From positions 3,008,001-3,072,000 of the forward strand of contig OZ252149.1 in NCBI GenBank assembly GCA_965248755.1: a stretch of DNA of 64,000 nucleotides. Reading direction: 5' to 3'. A program made the translations under genes and the position numbers. The notes beneath the pieces are model-generated. The model was not told the DNA's origin and searched no databases. It worked only from the letters and a program-made list of their open reading frames with translations. Below are positions 1-10,072 of the stretch, one piece after another (position 1 is the stretch's first letter; each line of letters starts with the position of its first letter). This DNA is from Candidatus Latescibacterota bacterium. GTDB lineage: Bacteria > Latescibacterota > CBDEFO01.

Positions 1-2
1 AT

Positions 3-330
3 TTGCAGGGAGCCATAACCCAGATTGGCGTTGGATCTATCCCAATAGGGATATATAACAAATTTGAATTTAAGGTGAAGAAACTGGATGCAGACGATAC
101 CGACCCAGACGATCCACAATTCGCCGATTTTGCAGGCACTGAAAAAAGCATCATTATCGAGGGAATTCTTAATAGAATTGATTTCACCTTATCTATTGAA
201 CAAGATTTTGAGCAGGAAACCGAATTAATACCTCCTCTGGAGATAGCTTCGGACACATCTGCCACAAATCTCTCCTTGATGGTAAATGTAACCGATTGGT
301 TAGCTGGTTCTGATCCAACTGAACTTTTAA
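3..330 (+). pseudogene. Acidic, probably exported protein, 5' end outside the window and 3' end cut by IS1380
   Basis: Frame is open from the window edge and runs into the IS1380 left IR at 331. The last codons of the 131-aa ORF are IS-derived. Confidence 0.45.
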
Positions 331-1956
331 CCCCCATTCGCCATATTAGACCCGAAAAATGGTTGTCAAAGTCGCCAGAACATGTTATATTACAATAAAT
401 AAGACTCATAAATGGCGGATAAATATTGATCATCCAGAGGGTGAAAGAATGAAAGTAGGTTTTGATGGAGGAATAAAGCTTGAATTTCATGGTGCAAAGG
501 TGACATCAAACGGTGGACTTCTTGCGTATCGTGACCTTGATTACGCACTGGGATTATTTGATTCGGTATCAGCGGTTTTTACCGATAAACGCACAGGCCG
601 TAATATCCAACATGATATATCTACTCTCCTGCGTCAATCGATATACAGCCGTCTTGCAGGATATGAAGATGTAAATGACGCCGAGCGATTATCCGTTGAT
701 CCCGTCATGCGAGCGATTACCGGAAAGAAGGACAAAGGCAGGCAAGCTGCCAGCTCCAACACGATAGGACGTTTTGAAACTGATATACTGACTCAGCATG
801 ACAATCTCAGAAACTTGTCAGATATCAATGGCAAGTGGGTTCAAAAAGCGATGAGTAAAACACAGCATCAACGAATCATTCTGGACATGGACAGTTCGGA
901 GAGTCCGGTACATGGCCAGCAGGAAGGATCAGCTTACAACGGTCATTTCGGATGTACCTGTTTTCATCCAGTGTTCTGCTTCAATCAGTTCGGGGATTGT
1001 GAAGGAGTCCTACTTCGCTCTGGTAATGTTCACAGTGCTGATCGTTGGAAGGAAGTTCTGGAACCGATCGTCAAGAGATACGAGAGCAAGAAGAATAGGA
1101 AATACTTTCGAGGCGATGCTGCATTCGCAAAGCCTGAGATTTATGATTATCTGGAGGGAAACGGCTATTTGTATGCCATTCGGCTTCCCGCAAATGAGAT
1201 ACTCTATGAAAAGATACGATACCTGCTGACTCGGCCAGTTGGACGACCGCCGAGGAAACCGATTGTATCGTTATATGAATTTCAATATAAAGCGGCCAGT
1301 TGGGATCAATCGAGGCGAGTGGTCGCCAAGGTTGAATGGCACCAAGGGGAGTTATTCCCAAGAGTGGGATTTATCGTGACCAACATGAGCGCCAAGCCAG
1401 AAGGCGTGGTACACTTCTACAATGGCCGTGGCAGAGCTGAGCAGTGGATTAAGGAGGGCAAGTATGCTCTGAACTGGACCCGACTCTCATGCAAGCGTTT
1501 CGTCTCCAATCAGGTGAGGCTCTGGCTGTTTGTTCTGGCTTACAACTTGGGCAACTTCCTGCGACGTTTTGTTCTTCCGAAGAAAATCAAACACTGGTCA
1601 CTACGCAGCCTCCTCGTGAAATTTATCAAAATCGGAGCGAAGATTGTCAGACACAGCGGATATATTACGTTTCAAATGGCTGAGGTTGGGATAGACAAGA
1701 GGTTATTTGCCGAAATATTATCCCGGATTGAACGATTGCGATGTTATTCTGTTTAAACTGCCACATTTTTTTGTGAGTCGATGGAGAGGTGTCTCTAATT
1801 GGAGGATTTAAACACAAAGAAAGTGATAATTCAGAGGAAAATACTATTTTAATTGAAAAAAGTACTTGTTGAAAAATGTAAAAGTGGTAATATTAATTCA
1901 GAAACAAGAATGTATCGAAATATAATCCCTCATGAATGTGATATGGGGAATGTCGG
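331..1956 (+). mobile_element. IS1380-family insertion sequence
   Basis: Imperfect 16-bp terminal IRs: CCCCCATTCGCCATAT at 331 and the reverse complement of ATATGGGGAATGTCGG at 1941-1956 (13/16 match). They flank a DDE transposase. No clear target duplication. Confidence 0.85.
359..1756 (+). CDS. tnp: IS1380-family DDE transposase
   Basis: Typical motifs TSNGGLL, LDMDSSESPVHGQQEG, RGDAAF, FYNGRGRAEQWIKEGK and LAYNL. The true start may be downstream, near 449. Confidence 0.92.
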   Translation: MVVKVARTCYITINKTHKWRINIDHPEGERMKVGFDGGIKLEFHGAKVTSNGGLLAYRDLDYALGLFDSVSAVFTDKRTGRNIQHDISTLLRQSIYSRLAGYEDVNDAERLSVDPVMRAITGKKDKGRQAASSNTIGRFETDILTQHDNLRNLSDINGKWVQKAMSKTQHQRIILDMDSSESPVHGQQEGSAYNGHFGCTCFHPVFCFNQFGDCEGVLLRSGNVHSADRWKEVLEPIVKRYESKKNRKYFRGDAAFAKPEIYDYLEGNGYLYAIRLPANEILYEKIRYLLTRPVGRPPRKPIVSLYEFQYKAASWDQSRRVVAKVEWHQGELFPRVGFIVTNMSAKPEGVVHFYNGRGRAEQWIKEGKYALNWTRLSCKRFVSNQVRLWLFVLAYNLGNFLRRFVLPKKIKHWSLRSLLVKFIKIGAKIVRHSGYITFQMAEVGIDKRLFAEILSRIERLRCYSV

Positions 1957-1968
1957 TTCTTATGCCTT

Positions 1969-2136
1969 AACGTCGTTCCTATCGTCCTGCCGCCGCTACG
2001 CGAGCATATCGAGGACCTTCCCTTTTTCCTTGTCGATTACTTTATTGAGAAATACAATCAGGAGTTAGGTGGAAGGGTTAAGGGGGTATCGTCAGAGGTG
2101 ATGCAGGCATTTTTGTCCTACTCCTGGCCGGGTAAA
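1969..2136 (+). pseudogene. Fragment of a sigma-54-dependent activator (AAA+ domain C-terminal part)
   Basis: Manual translation gives NVVPIVLPPLREHIEDLPFFLVDYFIEKYNQELGGRVKGVSSEVMQAFLSYSWPG, matching the NtrC-family PPLRER..ED..WPGN signature. No start codon. Confidence 0.75.
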
Positions 2137-2232
2137 TCCGGGTTATAATAAATACGGCTTCGCGGGAGTTGCAATAAGGGCCAACTATTACAGGAATCCT
2201 GTCGAAGACTCTCTGGTGATGGTGAAGTTTAT

Positions 2233-3039
2233 TTGAGTGAAAATCCCTTAGACACTACTATAGAAACTTCCGAATTCCTCAGGGGACAGGGCTTTACGGG
2301 GGCGAAAATCGGGGTTGTGTTGGGATCAGGATGGAGAGTCTTTGCGGAGTCTTTCAAGTTCGATCTTTCCATTTCGTACAGCAAGATCCCTCATTTTTGG
2401 AACTGCCGTGTCCAGGGCCACGAAGGGATGTTGTACCTGGGTTCAGTTTCGGGTAAAAGGTGCCTAGTTATGTCGGGGAGGGCGCACCTCTATGAGGGTC
2501 TCGACTGGGACGAGGTGACTTTTCCGATCAGAGCAATAGGGACTTTGGGTGTGAAGACTCTTGTAGTTACGAACGCTGCAGGTGGGATAAATAAAGCGTT
2601 TCGCGTAGGTGATCTTATGCTTATCTCAGATCACGTGGGGACGTTCATGCTGGAAAGGAGAAGGCTAAGTTTCCTCAGTTCGGGAGGGGAAAGCTACTGC
2701 TCGATGAAACTTCGAAAGAGGGCATACCAAGCGGCACAAAGGCACGGGATCTCGCTAAAGGAAGGTGTCCTTCTGGGCATGTTGGGCCCTTCTTATGAGA
2801 CACCAGCTGAACTGGAGATGGCAAGACGGATAGGGGTTGACGCTGTGACGATGTCCACTATACCTGAGGTTAAAGCGGCAAAAGAACAGAGTATGGACGC
2901 CCTGGGCGTCTCTTTCATATCTAATCTGACCTTTGGAAATCGCCCAGACAGTCTGGATCATTCCGGAGTTATAGCGGTTTCTGAAAGATTTAAACAGAAG
3001 ATGTCGGACTTTCTAACGGGGCTAGTAGATTGCGTATAG
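2233..3039 (+). CDS. punA: Purine-nucleoside phosphorylase (PNP I / PunA type)
   Basis: Motifs VLGSG, GHEG, GRAHLYEG, TNAAGG, GPSYETPAE and MSTIPE. Confidence 0.9.
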   Translation: MSENPLDTTIETSEFLRGQGFTGAKIGVVLGSGWRVFAESFKFDLSISYSKIPHFWNCRVQGHEGMLYLGSVSGKRCLVMSGRAHLYEGLDWDEVTFPIRAIGTLGVKTLVVTNAAGGINKAFRVGDLMLISDHVGTFMLERRRLSFLSSGGESYCSMKLRKRAYQAAQRHGISLKEGVLLGMLGPSYETPAELEMARRIGVDAVTMSTIPEVKAAKEQSMDALGVSFISNLTFGNRPDSLDHSGVIAVSERFKQKMSDFLTGLVDCV

Positions 3040-3060
3040 CAGATCAACTAAAGGAGCAAT

Positions 3061-3138
3061 ATGAACTGGTTCGATAAGATAAAAAAGGGGATTAAGACAA
3101 GGATAAAGAGGGGGATACCGGAGGATATATGGATTTAA
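3061..3138 (+). pseudogene. 5' stub resembling acetyl-CoA carboxylase carboxyltransferase beta (AccD)
   Basis: RBS AAGGAG then MNWFDKIKKGIKTRIKRGIPEDIWI*, like AccD N-termini (WF..K...IPEGLWIKC). It stops just before the zinc finger. Confidence 0.55.
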
Positions 3139-4133
3139 ATCTAAAGGATCTAACAATCATAGAACAGATCGCGGAGAACATTGCGCAATCTTTTGAGGCC
3201 TTTGAAGATGATGACGGGGATGGAGAGCTTGATTTTGAAGGAGATGTCTCCACTGTTAACCTTGGCAACAACAGCTTCACACTTACTAATAGTTTGATTG
3301 TTGTGACTGACAGTACTACAATCTTTCAGGGTTCGATTGTAAGCTTAGATAGCGTCGAGAGTCTGCTGTCGCAAGGCAAAGAGGTTGAAGTCGAAGGAGA
3401 AGGAAGCAGACTAAGCGACGGCTCAGTTTTTGCCACTGAAGTTAAGTTTGAGTCTGAAGAGGAAGAACGAAAAGAGGAAGATGGCAAGGGTGGTAAAGGG
3501 GGAGGTACCGCTCCAACAATAGATGCTGTCAATCCGAATAGTGTTCCTGCGGGAACGGACGCTGTGGTGACTATCACAGGTTCTAATTTCTTCAATACGC
3601 CGGATTCCATTACGCCCGATAGAATCGGGGAGACGCCGGATGGAATCCGGGTATCTATTGACGGGATCATGCTGGCTGTGACGTTTGTTGATTCTACTAC
3701 TCTTAAGGCCACGATTCCGGGGACGGTAGCCGAGGGGTTATACGACGTGACTGTGACGAACCCGGACGACCAGAGCGTGACGCTCTCCAGAGCTTTGACA
3801 GTGGAAGGCGAGGAAGTGGACGGTACCGCTCCGACGATAGATGCTGTCGTTCCGGATCATGTGCCTTTGGGCATGGATAGTGTGGTGACCATCACAGGAG
3901 CTAATTTCTTCAATACGCCGGATTCCATTACGCCCGATAGAATCGGGGAGACGCCGGATGGAATCCGGGTATCTATTGACGGGATCATGCTGGCTGTGAC
4001 GTTTGTTGATTCTACTACTCTTAAGGCCACGGTTCCGGGGACGGTAGCCGAGGGGGTCTACGACGTGACTGTGACGAACCCGGACGACCAGAGTGTGACG
4101 CTCCCCAGAGGTTTGACAGTGGAACCTGAGTAA
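3129..4133 (+). CDS. DUF5666-like domain plus two IPT/TIG domains, probably N-terminally truncated
   Basis: VEVEGEGSRLSDGSVFATEVKFE segment, then two near-identical APTIDAV.P...VTITG.NF...YDVTVTNPD units. Confidence 0.65.
   Translation: MDLNLKDLTIIEQIAENIAQSFEAFEDDDGDGELDFEGDVSTVNLGNNSFTLTNSLIVVTDSTTIFQGSIVSLDSVESLLSQGKEVEVEGEGSRLSDGSVFATEVKFESEEEERKEEDGKGGKGGGTAPTIDAVNPNSVPAGTDAVVTITGSNFFNTPDSITPDRIGETPDGIRVSIDGIMLAVTFVDSTTLKATIPGTVAEGLYDVTVTNPDDQSVTLSRALTVEGEEVDGTAPTIDAVVPDHVPLGMDSVVTITGANFFNTPDSITPDRIGETPDGIRVSIDGIMLAVTFVDSTTLKATVPGTVAEGVYDVTVTNPDDQSVTLPRGLTVEPE
3504..4125 (+). repeat. Intragenic tandem duplication of about 318 bp (IPT/TIG domain x2)
   Basis: About 3504-3806 and 3822-4125 are nearly identical over roughly 220 bp. 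Confidence 0.9.
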
Positions 4134-4236
4134 GTAGAAGAAAGGGAAGGTGTCGGCGCAACGACGAAGGTAAAGGTATACGCCCGATTGAGCCATTCGG
4201 GGAGAGGCCCGATAGAATCATTCGGGGGCAGACCCC

Positions 4237-4283
4237 CTACTCAAAGGGGGCGTGTTTGGATCTCTTAAAGTAGCCGAGGACAC
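4237..4283 (-). pseudogene. 3' remnant (copy 1) of the xis-like HTH gene
   Basis: CTACTCAAAGGGGGCGTGTTT...GAGGACAC matches 10073-10119 and 6737-6783. Confidence 0.75.
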
Positions 4284-4350
4284 AGCATCTGGAAAAGTCT
4301 ATTTCATCAAAATCGGCTTCCTCGTTTTCAGAAATCCATCTGCCAAAACC

Positions 4351-6441
4351 TTAGAGCCTACCCACGACAAACAGGACATCAAAAAGATTAACTATGCCAT
4401 CAGCCCCTCCGCCTGTACCATCCACTGCATCCATAAGGAACCTTGTTACTTTATCCACTCCTGATATCACATCCGACGCACCAGACTCAGAAATCCTGCT
4501 AAGAACCACATCCACTACAAAGTCCAAATCCTCCGTGCCAATCTCACCGTCTGATACTCCTCTCTTAAAAGGTGAGAACCTCGACACATCCCCCATAATC
4601 CCCGTCACAGTCCGTATCATAAATCCTCCATCACCGGTTATTCCCACAAACTCCGAGCCCCGTCTCCACCGTGTGACTCCTCCGATCTCATCGAAGGTCC
4701 AACTCTTACCCGTGTCAAGACCGATATTTACACCTATCGAAGGACCCGCAGCAGAAGATAGCTCCATAGCTATAAACAGAGTCTGTCCCTGAGTTATTCC
4801 TACACTGACTCTGCCATCCTCAAACCTTGTGAATCCTTCAGATGCAAGCTGACTCAAACCTCCGGCAGGGTCTATCACCTTACTTGTCAACGACACTCCC
4901 GGCTCACTGCCGCTGGCATCAAAGACCCTGGCGACAAAAGGATTAAGCACCGCTGTGACGTTATAACTCACAGCCAAAAGGCTATCCCTCAACGTCCCGG
5001 CGGTGTTGACCTTGACCGTATCTACCACGGTCTCAATGGCTGCTCTATCTCCCGTAGCGTCAAAGGAGACAGTATCGCTTATCGCATCAATAGAAACAAA
5101 AGTAAATCCGTTAGAAAGCGTGTCTGCCTGACCGTCTGGATTTATCACTATCACATCTACTATAGCGACAGCATGAGCTAAAGTCACTGCAGTAATAATA
5201 GTGTCCGACACTACGACTATATTTGTGGCTGAGCTATCTCCAAAACTAACAGTCCCTCCGATTTTGAAACCACCACCTCCTATCGTCACAGACGTACCTC
5301 CCAATTCCGTGCCGGAAGCGGGGTCAATTGATGTCACAGAAGGAGGAGGCTCCACCTTACGTATCCGCTGATTGCCCTGATCCGCAATATAGATAACCCC
5401 CAATCCATCCACGAATACGCTCTGAGGAAAATTGAAACTTGCACTGGTAGCCGGACCTCCATCACCGGAAAATGCCTTGGTGCCATTTCCTGCCACGGTG
5501 GAGATGATGCCTGACGTATCCACCTTACGTATCCGGTGATTGACCTTATCCGCGATGTAGATAACCCCCGATCCATCCCCGAATACGCCAAGAGGAGCGT
5601 TCAAACTCGCACTGGTAGCTGGACCACCATCACCGGAAAATGTACTAGTGCCCTTTCCTGCCACGGTGGAGATGATGCCCGATGTATCCACCTTGCGTAT
5701 CCGGTGATTGAGCTGATCCGCAATATAGAAATTGCCCGATCCATCCACGAATACGCCAGAAGGAGTCTTCAAGCTCGCACTGGTAGCTGGACCTCCATCA
5801 CCGGAGAATCCAGAAGTGCTATTTCCTGCCACGGTGGTGATGATGCCTGATGTATCTACCTTACGTATCCGGTTATTGCTGCTGTCGGCAATATAGATAT
5901 TTCCTAATCCATCCACGGATACACCCTGAGGGTTACGTAAGCGCGCGTTGGTAGCTGGACCTCCATCACCGGAAAATCCAAAAGTGCTACTTCCTGCCAC
6001 GGTGGTGATGATGCCCGACGTATCAACCTTACGTATCCGGTGATTGGTCCTATCCACGATGTAGATATTTCCCGATCCATCCACGAATACGCCAAAAGGG
6101 GAGTTCAAACTCGCACTGGTAGCTGGACCACCATCACCGGAAAATGCAGCAGTGCCATTTCCTGCCACGGTGGAGATGATGCCCGACGCATCAACCTTAC
6201 GTATCCGGTGATGGAGCCAATCCCCAATATAGATATTGCCCGATCCATCCACGAATACGCCACGAGGACCATTCAACCTCGCACTGGTAGCTGGACCACC
6301 ATCACCTAAACCACTGTTTCCACCTCCTGCCACGGTGGAGATGATCCCCAACGCAGAAGCAACTGAAGGGACGAATTCAAACGTCCAAAAGCCCACAAGC
6401 AGCACGCTAATCAGAATGGCTTTATAGTGATCTTTGTTCAT
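4351..6441 (-). CDS. Exported NHL-repeat beta-propeller protein with IPT/TIG domain and dockerin-like C-terminus
   Basis: Signal peptide; six GDGGPATSA.L..P.GVFVDGSGNIYIAD..NHRIRKVD repeats; PSVTSIDPASGTELGGTSVTIGG TIG motif; DG.VNLFD-like tail. Confidence 0.85.
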   Translation of the reverse strand: MNKDHYKAILISVLLVGFWTFEFVPSVASALGIISTVAGGGNSGLGDGGPATSARLNGPRGVFVDGSGNIYIGDWLHHRIRKVDASGIISTVAGNGTAAFSGDGGPATSASLNSPFGVFVDGSGNIYIVDRTNHRIRKVDTSGIITTVAGSSTFGFSGDGGPATNARLRNPQGVSVDGLGNIYIADSSNNRIRKVDTSGIITTVAGNSTSGFSGDGGPATSASLKTPSGVFVDGSGNFYIADQLNHRIRKVDTSGIISTVAGKGTSTFSGDGGPATSASLNAPLGVFGDGSGVIYIADKVNHRIRKVDTSGIISTVAGNGTKAFSGDGGPATSASFNFPQSVFVDGLGVIYIADQGNQRIRKVEPPPSVTSIDPASGTELGGTSVTIGGGGFKIGGTVSFGDSSATNIVVVSDTIITAVTLAHAVAIVDVIVINPDGQADTLSNGFTFVSIDAISDTVSFDATGDRAAIETVVDTVKVNTAGTLRDSLLAVSYNVTAVLNPFVARVFDASGSEPGVSLTSKVIDPAGGLSQLASEGFTRFEDGRVSVGITQGQTLFIAMELSSAAGPSIGVNIGLDTGKSWTFDEIGGVTRWRRGSEFVGITGDGGFMIRTVTGIMGDVSRFSPFKRGVSDGEIGTEDLDFVVDVVLSRISESGASDVISGVDKVTRFLMDAVDGTGGGADGIVNLFDVLFVVGRL

Positions 6442-6736
6442 GATGTATACCTCTATAATGTTCGGATGAATGAAAAAGGCGACCAGTACTTGCCATATAC
6501 TTTCTAATGTTATTTATCACATAATAACATATTATGACATATTATGAAAGCATTGTTCTGGTTTAATATGGGGAATGTGGGAATATAGCTTAAAATGACG
6601 CGTAAGTAGAAGAAGGGGAAGGCGCCCGATAGAATCATTCGGGGAGAGGCCCGATTGAGCCATTCGGGGGCAGACAGCCGGCGCAATGACGAAGGTAAAG
6701 GTACAGGCCCGATAGAATCATTCGGGGGCAGGCCCC

Positions 6737-6942
6737 CTACTCAAAGGGGGCGTGTTTTGATCTCGTAAAGTAGCCGAGGACACTGCTTCTGGGCAGGAGG
6801 TACTGTTTTCCCGGCTTGTAGGCTGTGAGCAATCCGCAGTGTATTAGTTTACGTGCCTTTCTGTTCAGAAAGGCATCTGTCTTTCTGAACACCTTAGGAA
6901 TTTAGCCGCCTCCTTGACTGTAAGCATGTCCTGGGTATCCAT
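6737..6942 (-). pseudogene. Frameshifted copy 2 of the xis-like HTH gene
   Basis: Near-identical to 10073-10258 but 20 bp longer because of a hairpin insertion at about 6854-6877. Confidence 0.85.
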
Positions 6943-7060
6943 CTTTGCCTCCTTTTGTACCGTAAATTCAGGTTGACAAAAGAAATTCGTTATTATACTT
7001 TTAATCGTAAAGGCATACCGCTCCCCTTGACAGAGCGACAAATATTTCGCAAATTGGGGT

Positions 7061-7390
7061 TTGAGAAGGGAGGTCAAGGTGTCGAGCCCCGAAGTGAAAG
7101 ATGGTAAGCGCTGGACGGCGACCCGTAAGGGAGAGATTGTGTTGGCTCTTTTGAGAGGAGCAGATCTATCTGAGGTGTGTCGTAAGAATGGAATTAGCCA
7201 GTCGCAGGCGTATGCTTGGCGTGATAGTTTCTTAGAAGGGGGCCAGGAGAGTCTGAAGTCTCGGCGTGGTCGCAAGGATCCGAAGGAGCGAGAGGTTAGC
7301 CGGTTGGAGCGCAAGGTAGGGCAGTTGACGCTCCAGTTGGAGATACTCGAAGAGGTAGCCCGTCTAAAAAAAACGAAGCGGTTGCCTTGA
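7061..7390 (+). CDS. IS3 transposase OrfA (HTH)
   Basis: RWTATRKGEIVL..EVCRKNGISQSQAYAWR HTH followed by a coiled coil. An A8C slippery run near 7366-7374 suggests a -1 frameshift fusion to OrfB. Confidence 0.9.
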   Translation: MRREVKVSSPEVKDGKRWTATRKGEIVLALLRGADLSEVCRKNGISQSQAYAWRDSFLEGGQESLKSRRGRKDPKEREVSRLERKVGQLTLQLEILEEVARLKKTKRLP

Positions 7391-8250
7391 GTGGGCGGTT
7401 TTTGGGTCGAGGCTATTCCCGCAAGGTGGTAGCTTTGGCTTTGGGTTTGCATCGTTCGACTCTGTATAGGTTTAGGGATAGAGGTGTCAGTTCTTCTGTT
7501 AAAGAGCCTGTGATAGATGAGGAGCTTGCTTTTCGTATTCGAGGGATACTGGACCAAGAAGAGGCATTTGGTCACAGGCGGGTTTGGGCGCATCTTCGTT
7601 TCAAGGAAGGGGAATGTGTCAACGTTAAGAAGGTTCATAGGATAATGAAGCTTAAGGGGTGGCAGTGTAAGCTGTGGAATCGTCCCGGGAGAAAGGGGCC
7701 ACAGGTTGCCCAGAAGCGTTCTGTGGTGGATAGTCCCGACAGTTTGTGGTCGAGTGACTTGACAAAGATTTACTGTGGAAAAGATGGTTGGTGTCCTCTT
7801 ATTGCGGTGGTGGACAACGGAAGCCGGGAGGTTCCTGGGTATCGTTTTAGTCGAAAAGGGAGGGCACTGGAGGCCACAGATGCCCTGGATCGGGCCGTGA
7901 TCTCTCGATACACTTCCAAGGAGGCTGTCCCCCAGGGTCTCACTTTGCGCTCTGACAATGGTTCCATCTTTTTGGCTCGGGCCTATTTGGCCAGTACCGA
8001 ATATTGGGGAATTCGTCAGGAATACATACCAAGTGGTAAACCCGATTGGAACGGTGTTGTAGAGCGTTTTTTCAGGACCCTCAAGCAAGAGTGTGTTTGG
8101 CTTCACAAGTTTGAATCCTTTGAACAGGCTGAGAAGATCATATCTCAGTGGATCGATAATTACAACAAGAACAGGCTTCATTCATCCCTGGGATATAAGA
8201 CCCCAAAAGAGTGGAGAAAACAATTTTATCTACTACCCCAGGTTGCTTAA
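7387..8250 (+). CDS. IS3 transposase OrfB (rve integrase core)
   Basis: WSSDLT, LRSDNGS, NGVVERFFRTLKQE and YNKNRLHSSLGY motifs. Confidence 0.93.
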   Translation: MSGRFLGRGYSRKVVALALGLHRSTLYRFRDRGVSSSVKEPVIDEELAFRIRGILDQEEAFGHRRVWAHLRFKEGECVNVKKVHRIMKLKGWQCKLWNRPGRKGPQVAQKRSVVDSPDSLWSSDLTKIYCGKDGWCPLIAVVDNGSREVPGYRFSRKGRALEATDALDRAVISRYTSKEAVPQGLTLRSDNGSIFLARAYLASTEYWGIRQEYIPSGKPDWNGVVERFFRTLKQECVWLHKFESFEQAEKIISQWIDNYNKNRLHSSLGYKTPKEWRKQFYLLPQVA

Positions 8251-8499
8251 TTGGTGTCGCTTTCCTGGGAAGCAGTACAAAAGGTATAATATGAATGTCA
8301 GTTGTTGAACCAAGGTATAATATATGCAGCCATGAAAAAACTATTTGCAGTCTTCATTGCTCTGGGATTTGTACTTGTCACCGTCCGGAAGAGTTCTGCT
8401 CACCTGCGAATGGATAGAAGCTTAGTCGCTGTGCTAGTGCCCATTGGTACCAGATGGGGGACCTTGCGAAACCGATACAACAGAGCTGGCTAAGGGGAA

Positions 8500-9960
8500 G
8501 TGTTAACCATGAATGACCAAGATATAGTACCGATCGTTTTGAAATGGAAAGAGAACATAGCGTTTGAGTGCAAAAGAGCTGACGTTAAGCCATCTAAGCT
8601 ATTAAAAACGATTGTTGCTTTTGCAAATACTGAAGGTGGAGTCCTTGTCGTCGGACTAGAGGATCCCTTGAAAGCACGCGCTGAAAAGAGGCTGATTGGA
8701 ATTAGTGAGAACCTAGACAATGTTTCAGAGTTTTTGAAATTGATTGAAAGGGAAATTGATCCCCCATTGCAGTCGTGGCAGGAAAAGCATCTTCCAATCA
8801 CAAATACTCAAAAAGATGACGATCAATTACTAGTGGTGTATGTAGAAAAGAGCAACGATGTGCATTCACTAAAGCAGGGCGACACTTTAGTTCGGCGTGG
8901 AAACCAGATTGCAAAAATTGGATCTAAGCAAATTATACGACTCCAGTATGAAAAGGGATCCATCAAATTTGAGGATGAGTTATCAGGAATACGAAACCTT
9001 GAAGAACTTGATGGAAAACTACTAGGCAAGTACAAGAAAGATACAAGGAGCGAAAGTCAAGACAATTGGCAATTCCTAAAAGATAATGGGCTTGCGGTGA
9101 AGCAGAACGACGGCTTTGAGCTTACAAAAGCAGGTGTTCTGTTGTTTGGTAACAATCCTTCTGTAATACTCGGGAATAAGTGCGGCATCAAAATCTCTCA
9201 TTATTATGGTACGAAACCGACGTACTCTGGAGAGCCAAATTTTGTGAGACAGCCGTTTACTGTTGAAGGACCTCTTTTAATTCAAATTCAGAAAACGCTG
9301 GATTACTTTATGGATGTTGTCAAGAGTTCACCACCGAAATTGCGGGGCCATGCCTTCAGACCATCCCTTCTTATTCCCGAATGGGTCTTTCAAGAAGCGG
9401 TGGCAAACACTGTTATCCATAGGAACTATTTTCTCCAAGATGATATCCAGATTAGATTTTTTGATGACCACATAGAAATTGAGAGCCCAGGAATATACCC
9501 GGGGCACATTACAGTAAGGAACATCAGAAGCGAAAGATTCGCTCGCAATCCTCTTATTCAGCGTACATTAAGCCGCTTTCGAGAATCCCCCAACTTGGAT
9601 ATAGGCGAAGGAGTGGATCGCATGTTTGAAATTATGAAGGAGCATAACCTTTATGATCCAATTTACTCTCCATCTACAGTGAAACATTCTGTGCTATTAT
9701 ATCTCTTTAACGTACAGAGAACAGAATATTGGGACACAGTGAGTAAATACTTGGATGAGCATCATAGAATCACCAATAGCGAAGCAAGAAATATTACAGG
9801 AATCAAGGATACACTCAAAATGACTCGTTTATTAAAATCATGGGTCGATAGGGGGTTATTAGAAAAGATTGGAGAGAGGGCAAAAAGGATAGTCTATTAT
9901 ACAAAGCCTGGACAGGATATACAGAGCAGTTTATTTTCAATGGGGGTTGAAAATAAATGA
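8500..9960 (+). CDS. AlbA_2 (Schlafen-like) domain + HATPase_c_4 + C-terminal wHTH protein
   Basis: FECKR..IVAFANTEGGVLVVG; EAVANTVIHRNY; IESPG; RNPLI; GEGVDRM; ITNSEAR HTH. Confidence 0.85.
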   Translation: MLTMNDQDIVPIVLKWKENIAFECKRADVKPSKLLKTIVAFANTEGGVLVVGLEDPLKARAEKRLIGISENLDNVSEFLKLIEREIDPPLQSWQEKHLPITNTQKDDDQLLVVYVEKSNDVHSLKQGDTLVRRGNQIAKIGSKQIIRLQYEKGSIKFEDELSGIRNLEELDGKLLGKYKKDTRSESQDNWQFLKDNGLAVKQNDGFELTKAGVLLFGNNPSVILGNKCGIKISHYYGTKPTYSGEPNFVRQPFTVEGPLLIQIQKTLDYFMDVVKSSPPKLRGHAFRPSLLIPEWVFQEAVANTVIHRNYFLQDDIQIRFFDDHIEIESPGIYPGHITVRNIRSERFARNPLIQRTLSRFRESPNLDIGEGVDRMFEIMKEHNLYDPIYSPSTVKHSVLLYLFNVQRTEYWDTVSKYLDEHHRITNSEARNITGIKDTLKMTRLLKSWVDRGLLEKIGERAKRIVYYTKPGQDIQSSLFSMGVENK

Positions 9961-10072
9961 TAAGATGTGACTTTAGTCCCAGAACAAGTAGGTACTTAGC
10001 AATGGCCTTTATTTTCATTTTACTGGGAATGAGCCAAGTGCAGGCACAGCGGCCTGCGGAGCAGGTACAGCC

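Larger units (their letters stand above)
7014..8279 (+). mobile_element. IS3-family element, copy 1 (1266 bp)
   Basis: Ends CATACCGCTCCCC... and ...GGGAAGCAGTACA, flanked by an AAAGG direct repeat. Same length as the copies at 33514 and 49520. Confidence 0.92.

Noticed and set aside
3504..4125. DGR template/variable repeat pair
   Set aside because: Differences are not adenine-specific, both copies are in one ORF, and there is no reverse transcriptase in the window.
5350..6350. 168-bp nucleotide repeats as a non-coding array
   Set aside because: They are the coding NHL repeats of the 4351-6441 gene.
6865..8181. Long antisense ORFs (438, 396 and 392 aa) over the IS3 copies
   Set aside because: Shadow frames of the transposase. 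The xis-like tail of the 438-aa ORF is read-through into the pseudogene.
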